From Octopus vulgaris (taxonomy: Eukaryota), in contig OX597818.1 of the NCBI GenBank assembly GCA_951406725.2, forward strand, positions 47,988,001 to 48,052,000: DNA of 64,000 nt. Direction: 5' to 3'. Each line of letters opens with the position of its first letter. The stretch's first letter is position 1. Positions 51,590 to 63,972 of this stretch are shown piece by piece. Both the position numbers and the translations under genes were made by a program. The notes under the pieces are model-generated. The model worked only from the letters and a program-made list of their open reading frames with translations. It ran no database searches and had not been told where the DNA came from.

Positions 51590-52990
51590 TATCCTTTATA
51601 TCTTACTTGTTTCACTCATTGGATGGCGACCATGCTGAGGTACCGCCTTGAAGGGTTTAGCTGAACAAATCACCACCGGTACTTATACTCTTTACTCTTT
51701 TACTTGTTTCAGTCATTTGACTGCGGCCATGCTGGAGCACCGCTTTATTAGTCGAGCAAATGGATCCCAGAGCTTATGCTTTGTAAGCCTAGTACTTATT
51801 CTCCCGGTCTGTTTTGCCGAACCGCTAAGTTACGAGGACGTAAACACACCACCATCGGTTGACAACCGATGCTGGGGGGGGGGACAAACGGGGACACACA
51901 CACACATACATATACGACGAGCTTCTTTCAGTTTCCGTCTACCACATCCACTCACACGGTTTTGATCGGCCCGAGGCTATAGTAGAAAACATTTGCCCAA
52001 GGTGCCACGCAGTGGGACTGAACCCGAGACCAAGTGGTTGGAAAGCAAGCTACTTACCACACAGCCACTCCTGCGCCTGGTTCTTCTTTTTTGTTTTTGT
52101 TTTTGAGATTGGTATTTATTATATCGATCTATCTTGTGGCGAACCGCTACGTTACGGGGACGTAAATAAACGAACACCGGTTGTCAAAGAAGCATACACA
52201 TGTACATACGACGGGCTTCCACACATTTTCCATATACCAAATTCACTCACGAGTTACTGGGTGGCCTAAGGCTATTGTAGAAGTCTCTTGTCCAAGGGGC
52301 TATGCAGAGGGACTGAACCTGAAACCACGTGATTGCAAATCAAACTTCTTAACTACACAGCCAAAAAAATTAGAGGCACAACTTGATATTTTATCCCGTA
52401 ACTATGAAAACATTTGTTTATTGATTGTTCTTTCTCAAGCCATGCGTGGCTCATAGGGCCGGTTTCCCGGTTTCCTTGGCGTACAGGTTCCCCACCTGGA
52501 CGGGACGCCAGTCCGTCGCAGATGAACTGCAGGATGCAGGAGGAAAGAGTGAGAGAAAGTTGTGGCGAAAGAGTCAGTAGAAGTTTCACCATTACCTTCA
52601 GCTGGAGCTGCGTGGAGCTTAGGTGTTTGGCTCATAAACATGCACATTGCCGTGGCTATCTACTAAGAAGTTTGCTTCCCAACCACAAGGTTCCGAGTTC
52701 AATATCACCGCGTAGCACCTTGGGCAACTTTCTTCTACTACAGTCTCGCACCGAGCAAAACCTTGTGAGTAGATTTGGGAGACGGAAACTGAAAGAAGCC
52801 CACCACCGCTTGACGATTACCGGATTACGTCCCCGTAGCCTAGCGGCTCGGCAAAAGACATTGATAGAATAAGTACCAGGCTGTTTAAAAAAAGTAAGTA
52901 CTGGGATGGATTCATTCGATTAAAATTCTTCAAAGCGGTGTCACAGCGTGGCCGCAGTTCTTACGATTGAAACAAGAAGATAAAAGAAGA
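51590..52990. mobile_element. Cluster of family-B SINEs (51690-52080 -, 52135-52362 -, 52650-52990 +) and a head-C/V-tail fragment (52425-52650 -)
   Basis: Similarity to the full copies elsewhere in the window. Confidence 0.8.
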
Positions 52991-53589
52991 TATGAGAAAA
53001 TATGCATTCTTTAATTTTGTTCATGTGTCCCTAACATTGTTGAAGTATGTGGTAAGAGTTGTTAATTTGATAAACATTTATATAAGTGTATGAAAATCAA
53101 ACGGATAGTAATCATGTACACCAAATAAAACATACGATCGTATACATGCTTACAATGTATAATTGTAACTGCAATTCTATATGCAACATGCATTTTATTC
53201 ACACAGACACACACATATCGAAAACATTGTACATTTTATTAATTGTAGATGGCTGTATGTGTGTGCTTCTATGTGAAGAAAAATACTTGTGTGTAAATGA
53301 AAGAGAAATGACAACAGGATAATGAAGAAGAGGAAGGGCGGAGGAGAAGGAAGAGGATGAAGCAGAAAATGAGGATTATGCTGGGCTGTGTGTGTGTGCG
53401 TGAATATGCGTGTGTGTATATGTGTGTAGGTGTTTGTCTCAACGTATCCACATTGTATAAATTTAATACAGTTCTGTGAACAAATACCCAATTAAAGATT
53501 TCTAATTATTTCAGTATTTCCTTCTGTGTGCAATTATTTTCACATTTTTCCCCATCGCTTGTCCACAATTAAAACAATTCTGAAATTAA

Positions 53590-53628
<39 letters not shown>

Positions 53629-53914
53629 AAAAAAAATTCACGGAAATATAAATATGCAAACGATCTGAAATGGTAAATGTTTCAAGACACGCTTTACTTC
53701 TTCTGCCCTAATCCAAATGTTTTCGCTTTTTGCTTGAGTATTTCTCAGTTCCAAAATGACGCTTGTTATCAAGGCAAAGTTTTGGTGAATAAATTAATCC
53801 GCAAGTGGTCGACTTTGTCAGACAGAAAGTATGTGAGTATGCGTGTGTGTTTTATTTATTTATTTAATTATTTTTCAGACTGCAAGTATGCGTTAATATG
53901 TTTTAAAACCTTTG

Positions 53915-55510
53915 AAGGCGGCGAGCTGGCAGAAACGTTAGCACGTCGGGCGAAATGCGCAGCCGTATTTCGGCTGCCGTTACGTTCCGAGTTCAAATTC
54001 CGCCGAGGTTGACTTTGCCTTTCATCCTTTCGGGGTCGATAAATTAAGTACCAGTTACGCACTGGGTCGATGTAATCGACTTAATCCCTTTGTCTGTCCT
54101 TGTTTGTCCCCTCTGTGTTTAGCCCCTTGTGGGTAGTAAAGAAATAAATATGTTTTAAAACCTTTGAAGGCGACGAGCTGGCAGAAACGTTAGCACGCCG
54201 GGCGAAATGCGTAGCCGTATTTCGTCTGCCGTTACGTTCTGAGTTCAAATTCCGCCGAGGTCGACTTTGCCTTTCATCCTTTCGGGGTCGATTACATAAG
54301 TACCAGTTACGCACTGGGGGCGATATAATCGACTTAATCCGTTTGTCTGTCCGTGTTTGTCTCCTCTGTGTTTAGCCCCTTGTGAGTAATAAAGAAATAG
54401 GTATTTCGTCTGCCGTTGCGTTCTGAATTCAAATTCCGCCGAGGTCGACTTTGCCATTCATCCTTTCGGGGTCGATTAAATAAGTACCAGTTACGCACTG
54501 GGGTCAATGTAATCGATTTAGTCCCTTTGTCCGTCCTTGTTTGTCCCCTCTATGTTTAGCCCCTTGTGGGCAATAAAGAATTGAAAATGTTTTAAAACTT
54601 TTTGTTATTATAATGGATCGTAAGGAGGCGCGCTGGCAGAGTCATTAACACGCCGGGCGAAATGCTTGGCGCCATTTTGTTCGTCTTCCCATTCTGACTT
54701 CACACTCCACCGAGGTCGACTTTACTTGTCATCTTTTCGGGGTCGATAAACTAAGTACCAGTTGAGTACTGGGGTCGATGTAATTGACTTACCTCCTCCA
54801 TCGAAATTGCTTGCCTTCTGTCAAAGTTTGAAATCGATCTGTAATCAGATTCGATCTCAGGTAACCAATATTTGCACGCTGACCAAGCTGCTTAGCAGCA
54901 TTTCATCCGTCTTCATTTTCTGCGTTCAAATTCCGCCGGCGATGGTTTTGCCTTTCATCCTTTCGGGGGCGATAAAGTAAGTACCAGTTGAACGCTGGGG
55001 CGATGTAATCGACTGACCTGCTTCCCGCAAAATTTCTGGCCTTACACCAAAATTTGAAAACATTAGAATGAAATATAAAGCGACAAGCTGACAAAATCAT
55101 TAGCACTTCGGACAAAATGCAAAGCAACTTTTTATCCGGCTTATTGCATTCTGAATTCAAATCCCGCCGAGGTCAATTTTGCCTTTCATCCTTTCGGGGT
55201 TGATGAAATAAAATCAAGTACAGAGGTCGCTGTAATTGACTTGCCCCTTGCCTCAGAATTTTCTGGCCTTGTGACAAAATTACAAATAAATATTACAATG
55301 AACCATACTACGACGTGTTGGTAGAACTGTGAGGGGCTTTTTTTCCGGTCCTTTTACCTTCTGAATTGAAATTCCGTCGAGGCCAACTATGCCTTTCCCC
55401 ATTTCGGGGTCGATAAGAGTAAATACCAGCTGAGCAACGGGATACGTTGTAATTGACTAACTCATTCATCCTAAAAAAAAATTGCCAGGCTTCTTCCAAA
55501 ATTTGAAACG
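53915..55510 (+). mobile_element. Run of co-oriented family-A SINEs: three young units, then older copies
   Basis: Repeated cores; junction gaaataGGTATTTCG near 54400; flank atgttttaaaac occurs three times. Confidence 0.88.
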
Positions 55511-55527
55511 TTGTTATGAGAAAGATG

Positions 55528-55850
55528 AGCACTCCGTCGGTTGCGACGACGAGGGTCCCAGCCGATACGATGAACTGAACAGCTTGCTCGCGAAATTAAC
55601 GTGCAAGTGGCTGAGCACTCCACAAACACGTGTACCCTTAACGTAGTTCTCAAGGAGATTTAGCGTGACACAGAATGCGACAAGGCCGGCCCTTTAAAAT
55701 ACAGGCACTACTCATTTTTGCCAGCTGAGTGGACTGGAGCAACGTGAAATAAAGTGTCTTGCTCAAGGACACAACGCGTCGCCGGAAATTGAACTCATGA
55801 CCTTACGATCATGAGCCGAATGCTCCTAACCACTAAGCCACGCGCCTTCA
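55528..55850 (-). mobile_element. SINE with head D and the family-C tail
   Basis: Minus strand: gtgaaggcgcgtggcttagtgg head and core as at 31144, tail as at 2530-2707. Confidence 0.85.
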
Positions 55851-55894
55851 CAAACGTTGTTATAGTGAGTCATGAAAACGATGGATGAGTATAT

Positions 55895-56520
55895 ATTTCT
55901 TTATTACCCACAAGGGGCTAAACATAGAGGGGACAAACAAGGACGGACAAACGGATTAAGTCGATTACATCAACCCCAGTGCGTAACTGGTACTTAATTT
56001 ATCGACTCCGAAAGGATGAAAGGCAAAGTCGACCTCGGTGGAGTTTGAACTCAGAACGTAACGGCAGACGAAATACCTATTTCTTTACTGCCCACAAGGG
56101 GCTAAACACAGAAGGGACAAACAAAAACAGACAAACGGATTAAGTCGATTATATCGCCCCCAGTGCGTAACTGGTACTTAATTTATCGACCCCGAAAGGA
56201 TGAAAAGCAAAGTTGACCTCGGCGGAATTTGAACTCAGAACGTAACGGCAGACGAAATACCGCTAAGCATTTCTCCTGGCGCGGTAATTATTTTACCTGC
56301 TCGCCAACTTCTGAAGAACTAAGAATGGTTTCAAATTTTGGCACAAGGCCACCAATTCCCGGGGTGGAGGATAGTCGATTACATCTGGTGCTTATCATCG
56401 ACCCTCAAAAGGCAAAAGGCAAGGTCGGCCTTGGGGGAATTTGAACTTAGAACGTAAAAACAGACGAAATGCCGCTAAGCATTTTGTCCAGCACGTTAAT
56501 GATTCTGCCGGCTCGCTGAC
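55895..56520 (-). mobile_element. Family-A SINE dimer plus an older copy
   Basis: Junction cgaaatacctatttc near 56076; older copy at 56325-56520. Confidence 0.88.
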
Positions 56521-56691
56521 TTCTGCGGGACTAATATTGAAAACAATCCGGGAAAATGTAAAAGAATAAACTTGGGGTGTCCAGGGTAAGCAGAGCGAAT
56601 ATGTTGGGGCTTAAAGGTCACTCCTATATTAGAGAAATGAGGAATTACATACATTCTTTACATTTGACGGATATTTGTCCTCATCTTGTTA

Positions 56692-56735
56692 ACACAACAT
56701 TTCGGCTGATATACTCTCCAGCCTTCTTCAGGTGT
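56692..56735 (-). ncRNA. Minimal hammerhead ribozyme motif, with a C to T change in helix III
   Basis: acac-CTGAAGA-a-ggctg..cagcc-GAAA-t-GTT-gtgt. Confidence 0.65.
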
Positions 56736-56801
56736 CCTGGTGGCAAAATTTCGAACCTGGGTTCCCACTCCTAAGGTATTTTTCCATGTCATTATTATTC
56801 A

Positions 56802-56875
56802 GGTCTCTACCTATAATCGAACTCGGAATTCTTGGAGTTAGTAGCCCGCGCTCGTAACCACTACACCATATGCCC
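56802..56875 (-). other. tRNA-like segment with A and B boxes inside the PLE terminal repeat
   Basis: tggtgtagtggtt A box, gagttcgatt B box, ggg-ctactaa-ctcc anticodon-like arm. Confidence 0.65.
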
Positions 56876-56905
56876 GTGGATAATTATGGAGTGAATTGTA
56901 AGGCT

Positions 56906-57321
56906 TTATAAATCTAATATTTTCCTATCCTTCCCTAATACCGGTTCCCATATGCTATTCATATCCTCACTAGATATGATTAGGAGGTTATTATGTCCTA
57001 GCATATGTGCTGCTTCTTTTAGTTTTCGTATTTTCCAGTGGTGTTCTCTGTCTATTATTTTAGCTTCATCCCACAGGGGGAGGTGGTCTCCGTTTTTCCA
57101 TACACGATCAGCTTATACCCGATTTATCAATATCTCCTCGTGTCACAGCTTTGCGAAATTCCTCTACCCTTATTTTGAGGGGGCAGCATGTTTCGCCTTT
57201 GTATAACCTACCACAGCTGCACGGGATGGAGTACACGCAATCTTTGGTTATATTCTCTTCTATTGGTGGTTTTACTCGAAGGAGATATTTGTGAAGTGTT
57301 ATATTACTCTTGAATACTGTC
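56906..57321 (-). pseudogene. GIY-YIG endonuclease C-terminus of a Penelope-like element
   Basis: CVYSIPCSCGRLYKGET..LKIRVEE.RKAV...KSGI, frameshift, then DHLPLWDEAKIIDREHHWKIRKLKEA. Confidence 0.88.
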
Positions 57322-57508
57322 AGGACAGTATTCAAGAGTAATACACCACTGGAAAATACGAAAACTAAAAGAATCAGCACATATGCTTGGACATAACCTC
57401 CTGCTTCTATCTAGTGCAGATATGAGTAGCATATGGGAACTGGTATTAAGGAAGGATAGGAAAATATTAGATTTATAAGCCTAAAATTTTACTTCATAAT
57501 TACCTACA

Positions 57509-57580
57509 GGCATTCGGCGTAGTGGTTAAGAACGCGGGCTACTAACCCCAAGATTCTGAGTTCGATTCCAGGCAGTGACC
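57509..57580 (+). other. 72-nt tRNA-like segment with A and B boxes inside the PLE terminal repeat
   Basis: ggcgtagtggttaag A box, ggg-ctACTaa-ccc anticodon arm, gagttcgattcc B box; acceptor stem imperfect, so not called a tRNA gene. Confidence 0.7.
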
Positions 57581-57646
57581 TGAATAATAATAATAACATC
57601 GAAAAACAGCTTAGGAGTGAGAACCCAGGTTCGAAATTTCACCAGG

Positions 57647-57690
57647 ACACCTGAAGAAGGCTGAAGAGTATACCAGCCGAAACGTTGTGT
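57647..57690 (+). ncRNA. Minimal (dimer-type) hammerhead ribozyme
   Basis: Helix I acac/gtgt, core CTGAAGA, helix II ggctg/cagcc, GAAA, palindromic AACGTT helix III, GUU triplet. Confidence 0.78.
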
Positions 57691-58125
57691 TAACAAATAT
57701 CCGTCAAATGTAAATAATGTTAAAGGTCAGTTATTAAAAATCTTATTTAAAAAAAATAAAAGTCGTTAGTATTTTATTAATTAATTAAATTACTTAACTC
57801 TTAATAGCACCTCTTTTAACTTTAATAACAGAGATGTTAAAGTAACTTCGAAAGACCCACAAATATGATAGTAATCATACTACCTTACTTCTATAAACAC
57901 GTTACAAATTGGTTATGTCGTAAACAATTTTGATCGGATGGATTAGCAGAAAAATAAACCAATCCTTCAACAATAATAATATTAATAAGATTAAGGGTGG
58001 CGAGAAGGCAGAGTCATTAGCATGCCAGACAAAATGCTTAGCAGCATTTCGTTCATCTTCACGTTCTGAGTTCAAGCTCTGCTGAGGCCGACTTTGCCTT
58101 TCGTTCTTTTGTGGTTGATAAAATA

Positions 58126-58691
58126 TTAGGTTGTCCGGAAAGTTCGTGCCAATTTATAGTAGCTTACCTTTTGACTTATTTTAGAATATGGTTGAGTCCA
58201 TAAAATAGGATTTGACTGCACCTCCATTTAGAGCATAGTTTAAGCTATCTTTTCGTGGAAGAAGGTTTATGTTCCTATAACCTGTGTTAATTCTGTAACC
58301 CTTTAAAATGGAAGATAAGAAAGTTCATTTTCGGCACTTGATGCTTTGGAAACCAGACAAAAATTGCTGCAGCTCGGCTGGGATGTGTTACTCCACCATC
58401 CATATTCATCAGATATTGCTCCTTCGGATTTCCACTTATTCAGATCTCTGCAGAATAGTCTTAATGGTAAAAATTCCAATTCCTTGGATGACGTAAAAAG
58501 GTACATTGATGAATTCTTTGCCATGAAACCACCTCAGTTCTGGAAAGAGGGTATTTTCAAGTTAAAGGAAAGATGGAGACGCATTGTGCAACAAAATGGT
58601 TCATATTTGGTTGATTAAGAATGTAATGGCAAGTATTTATTGACCTTTTTCTTTCCTTTAAAAATTGGCACGGACTTTCCGGACAACCCAA
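58126..58691 (+). mobile_element. Internally deleted mariner element inserted in a family-A SINE
   Basis: TA-ttaggttgtccggaaagttcgtgccaatt ... aattggcacggactttccggacaacccaa-TA; N-terminal MEDKKVHFRHLML abuts C-terminal LGWDVLLHHPYSSDIAPSDFHLFRSL...GIFKLKERW. Confidence 0.95.
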
Positions 58692-59610
58692 TATGTACCA
58701 GCTGAACACTGAGGGCGATGTAATGGACTTAACTCCACCTCCGAAATTGCTGGCTTTGTGCCAAAATTTGAAACTAATATTATGTGTTCAGCAACCAGCC
58801 CAGACTTCGCTGCTCGTCAGGCTAGGATAAGAAAGGCAAACTGTCAAAGTATCGGTCGCTCTCTGACAGGTTTACTATCGAGCCTAGGGTAGTGGAGAGC
58901 TACGGACCATATCCTTGCTCGCTGCTGTCTTGGCGAAATTAGCTCTCCGCAAGTGTGACTCTGGTGAGTCAGTGGTTGTTCCAGCACACATCCCTCGCCT
59001 CCTCCGGGGCAACACCTCTTCCATTTTTCTGATGGAACTATGAGGCGGTTTGAATTGCAAGAAATCGAGAGAATGTAATACGTCATATACAGTATGAACA
59101 CTGCAGACTTTGTACATAAATAAGCATTTTGTATGATTATTCGTATATTTTGGGGTCAATGAGTGACAGTTAGATCTTTTGATAGTTGTGGTCACTTAAA
59201 CGTGGAAGTTCTTTAAAAGCAGACGATACAGCTATCGCAACACCGGGAGGACTCCTCCTCCAGCTGATTATCCAGTGCACTTCGCATTTGATATATATTG
59301 CAAGCGAGGAGAGAACTCCCTACCATCCTAGCTCCGAGACTACCAGACCACACGATTTCGATCTTATTGAATCATCTTCAGTGATGGGCGCTCGTCTGCC
59401 AGACACGTGGCAGTGTTCTATCATTTGACTGTTCTTTCTCTACTTGAATAAAGAGGGAATGTTCACAGCTAGAATGACTTTGCTTCGGCTGTGGGACCAT
59501 AGCATAACATTATTCAAAAGCTGTTAATCCGTTTTCCGTCATTGTTGTATACAGTTTAATATTGCATGTATTTTAGTTCTTGTTTAAAAGTATTTTGTTT
59601 TTATAACAAA

Positions 59611-59695
59611 CTAGCATTATGACACGTCTTTGCCGGGTTATAGTGCTAGTGCATGTATATATGTGTATATATATATGTGTACATATTACATGTAC

Positions 59696-59768
<73 letters not shown>

Positions 59769-60463
59769 TACACATAAAATACAAAATACAAAGTTATATC
59801 TTGATATCGCTAGTGATAACAATACTCAAAATATATAACAGACTGGAATTGTAGGACTATTCCATTTCTGCACGCTAATTTTATTTTTAATTTATTCCCA
59901 TTCATGTGAAACCACTTATTCAAGTTCAAGTCATTGATGCAATTTTATACCAATTGCTATTTTTACTTTTGTTATGTTACGATTATATTATACTTTAGTT
60001 TGATTTTAGTTATTACTTACTACATATAATTCAATTGTTATTATTATCTCTAATTTTTATTGTTAAAGTGAAAGTATCTGACATAAAATAGAGAAATGTT
60101 TTTGCTTCACTTTTAACACGTCATACTGAAATATTGGAGAAGATATAATATTGCTATGGGCTCGCCCTAGGCAAGAAGTTGAACATTTTTTTGCCCATGA
60201 AACTACATGGACCCTAAGTAAGGCAGGTGTAAAATTTGAATGAAATTGGTTGTGTAGTTCTCAAGTTTTAGGAAATCGTAGTGGAGAAGATATGATATTG
60301 CTGTGGGCTCGCCCTAGGCAAAAAGTTAAAATTTTTTGCCGATGATACTCCCCGGACCCTAAGTAAGGCATGTGTAAAATTTGAATGAAATTGGTTGTGT
60401 AGTTCTCAAGTTTTAGGGAAACACACAGACAGACACACATTCTCAGTTTTATATATATAGAGA
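59611..60463 (-). mobile_element. Non-autonomous Helitron-like element with an internal 147-bp tandem repeat
   Basis: Minus strand starts A|TCtctatatata; two units at 60135-60275 and 60282-60421; likely 3' end is a hairpin plus CTAG|T at 59611. Confidence 0.65.
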
Positions 60464-61119
60464 TATACATCATATATCATATGAGATTTTTACATACAGA
60501 CACACACACTCTGAATACAGAATTCATGGATCTATTTTCACCATATAATCTTCCTAAGTGATGCTTATTACTACACAAATAATATGTAACAATAACTTTG
60601 GTATAAATCCTGTATTTGATAATTTCTTTCTCGAAATGGTTTCAAAATGATCTTAGTACAAATAGAAAAGAAGAAGAAAAAGAAAACCGTTGTCTAAAAG
60701 CAAATTTCCTTTCGGTATAAAATTTGGCTTGAATAGTTTTCCGTTTCTGCATTGTTAAATTTCGTTGAAATCTATTGATATAATAAGCTTGTAACGACTG
60801 TGATCATTCTACATAAATTGGTCTGCTTCTCAATGCTGATAATTTTACAATAATGTGTTTGATATTTGCATTGAGCAACAATCATTATTTGAAGTCATTT
60901 TAACAGTTACACTTACTTTGATGTGAATTAGATAATGCATTCCTTTTTGATTCCGCCCTAAAATTCCCCGGTTGATGTAGACTTACGTCACACTTAAATC
61001 CTTTACTTAAGTAACGATTCGAAGACTGGCAGAGTTTTCTAAACAGCTGATAAATTAAGAAAACAACAACATCAGCAACAACAATAATAATAATACGTAT
61101 TGTAGACAAGACAAAAAGT

Positions 61120-61553
61120 CTCAAAATTCTGTTGGCGGGGGCTAGTCTGTTACATTGATCCCCAGTGCTCAACTGGTACTTATTTCATCGAACCTGAAAG
61201 GATGAAAGCAAAAATTGATCTCGGCGAAATTTGAACTCAGAACGTAAAGACGGACGAAATGCCGCTAAGCATTTTGTCCAGCTTGCTAACGATTCTGCCA
61301 GCTCGCCGCCTTAACAATAATAATAATCTTTTCTACTAAAGGCACAAGGCTTGACATTTGGGAGGAGGGGACTAGTCGATTACATCGACCCCATTGTTTC
61401 ACTGGCATTTGATTTATCGACCCCGAAAGGATGAAAGGCAAAGTCGACCTCGGCGGAATTTGAACTCAGAACGTAACGACAGACGAAATAACGCTAAGCA
61501 TTTCGCCCGGCGTGCTAACGTTTCTGCCAGCTCGCCGCCTTAATAATAATAAC

Positions 61554-61611
<58 letters not shown>

Positions 61612-61857
61612 TATTTCTTTACTATCCACAAGGGGCTAAACATAGAGGGGACAAACAAGGACAGACAAAGGATTAAGTCGATTACATCGACCCAGTGCGA
61701 AACTGGTACTTTATTTATTGACCCCGAAAGGATGAAAGGCAAAGTCGACCTCGGCGGAATTTGAACTCAGAACGTAACGACAGACGAAATACCGCTAAGC
61801 ATTTCGTCCGGCGTGCTAACGATTCTACCAGCTCACCGCTTTGATAATAATAATAAC

Positions 61858-61915
<58 letters not shown>

Positions 61916-62167
61916 TATTTCTTTACTATCCACAAGGGGCTAAACATAGAGGGGACAAACAAGGACAGACAAAGGATTAAGTCGATTGCATCGACCCAGT
62001 GCGAAACTGGTACTTTATTTATTGACCCCGAGAGGATGAAAGGCAAAGTCGACCTCGGCGGAATTTGAACTCAGAACGTAACGACAGACGAAATACCGCT
62101 AAGCATTTCGTCCGGCGTGCTAACGATTCTACCAGCTCACCGCTTTGATAATAATAATAACAATAAC

Positions 62168-62225
<58 letters not shown>

Positions 62226-62457
62226 TATTTCTTTACTATCCACAAGGGGCTAAACATAGAGGGGACAAACAAGGACAGACAAAGGATTAAGTCGATTACA
62301 TCGACCCAGTGCGAAACTGGTACTTTATTTATTGACCCCGAGAGGATGAAAGGCAAAGTCGACCTCGGCGGAATTTGAACTCAGAACGTAACGACAGACG
62401 AAATACCGCTAAGCATTTCGCCCGGCGTGCTAACGTTTCTGCCAGCTCACCGCCTTG
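61120..62457 (-). repeat. Family-A SINE run including three near-identical ~305-bp SINE+(TAA)n tandem units
   Basis: Units near 61545-61843, 61844-62147 and 62148-62457 share private variants (actatccac, cgacccagtgcgaaac, tttatttattgacc). Confidence 0.92.
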
Positions 62458-62520
62458 ATAATAATAATAACAACAATAATAATAATAATTATAATAATAA
62501 TAATGATGATGGTGATGATG

Positions 62521-62596
<76 letters not shown>

Positions 62597-63392
62597 TGAT
62601 GGTGATGATGATGATGATAATAATAATAAATAGTGATGATGGTGATGACGACGACGATGATGATGATTTATGTATCGCCCTGAGAAAGGAATGAATTAGA
62701 GTAGATCAAATGCAAAAAAAGTAATTCCAGCATAATTCTAACAATATACTGATTACCTCAAAAGCTATCATTGCAGATGAAACTGCACATAATCCTTCTA
62801 TTGAGTTTCTCCAATGAACACCGACGGAATTTTAAACGGCCATAAACGTCCTTATTTTAGTCTCTTTTAAAATTAAGTTGGTTGAAAGATTATTGTTATT
62901 ACAAAGGCTCTTGTACTATTTTGTTCATACTTTTGTCTCTGTAGTCTATATGACAATAATAACTATAATTACTATAGAAAAATGTATAAATAATCGTGTT
63001 GTAAATTCGACGAAAGAAGTTGTCGGCTGCCGTTTGAAACTCGAATAATTTGATTATGGTCTATTCATAGGAATCTATCGGTTTGATGTTCAAAGCTTGC
63101 TTCTCTTTTCTTCTTCGATTACAAACCAATGATACTATTCGTATGGCACACCTACTTTATGAATGTTGGTGTTTATTATTCAGAGGAAATCGTAGTTACA
63201 GTTTCTCGCTTGCTCACGTGGGTGGGAAGAATCCGAAAACGTATTCGATTCCGCTTAATTTCATAGTCTTGGTGATTGCAGTACTTATACAATTTACTAG
63301 AGTATGCAGTTAACCGATTTCAAATTGTAGGCGTTAAATTACGACTTTTCAATATGTTGTCAATAGTAAGATATTATATCAATACTATACTA

Positions 63393-63439
<47 letters not shown>

Positions 63440-63474
63440 CGTATGTGTATGTATGTATTTGTGTTTGTTTTTTT

Positions 63475-63676
63475 TTTCTTGTTTCAGTCATTTGACTGCA
63501 GCCATGCTGGAGCACCGCCTTTAGTCGAGCAAATCGACCCCGGGACTTATTCTTTGTAAGCCCAGTACTTATTCTATCGGTCTCTTTTGCCGAACCGCTA
63601 AGTGACGGGGACGTAAACACACCAGCATCGGTTGTCAAGCGATGTTGGGGGGACAAACACAGACACCCAAACATAT

Positions 63677-63724
<48 letters not shown>

Positions 63725-63882
63725 TTATATACGACAGGCTTCTTTCAGTTTCCGTCTACCAAATCCACTCACAAGGCATTGATCGGCCCGAGGCTATAGC
63801 AGAAGACAACTTGTCCAAGATGCCACGCAGTGGGAGTGAACCCGGAACTATGTGGTTGGTAAGCAAGCCACTCCTGCGCCTG
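63475..63882 (-). mobile_element. SINE family B
   Basis: Reverse complement of head, core and tail as at 42889-43339. Confidence 0.9.
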
Positions 63883-63972
63883 TGTGTGTATAAAAAATGA
63901 AAATTGCATTAAATGAACAACCATAGCTAAAAAAAAACGTACACTTTGGACAGGCACAGAAGGACCTTAATT

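Larger units (their letters stand above)
56651..57720. mobile_element. Penelope-like element 3' ends in inverted arrangement
   Basis: 56651-57045 and 57343-57720 are diverged reverse complements; GIY-YIG coding, a tRNA-like segment and a hammerhead occur in both arms. Confidence 0.9.

Noticed and set aside
57509-57580. Functional tRNA-Ser(ACT) gene
   Set aside because: The acceptor stem does not pair fully, there is no long variable arm and no T-run terminator, and it lies inside a PLE repeat; SINE heads were rejected as tRNA genes for similar reasons
58790-59430. GC-richer segment, possibly a Gypsy integrase tail
   Set aside because: No catalytic or GPY/F motif that I can read with confidence
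61545-62457. CRISPR-like array
   Set aside because: Eukaryotic context; the units are ~305-bp SINE copies separated by microsatellites, not unique spacers
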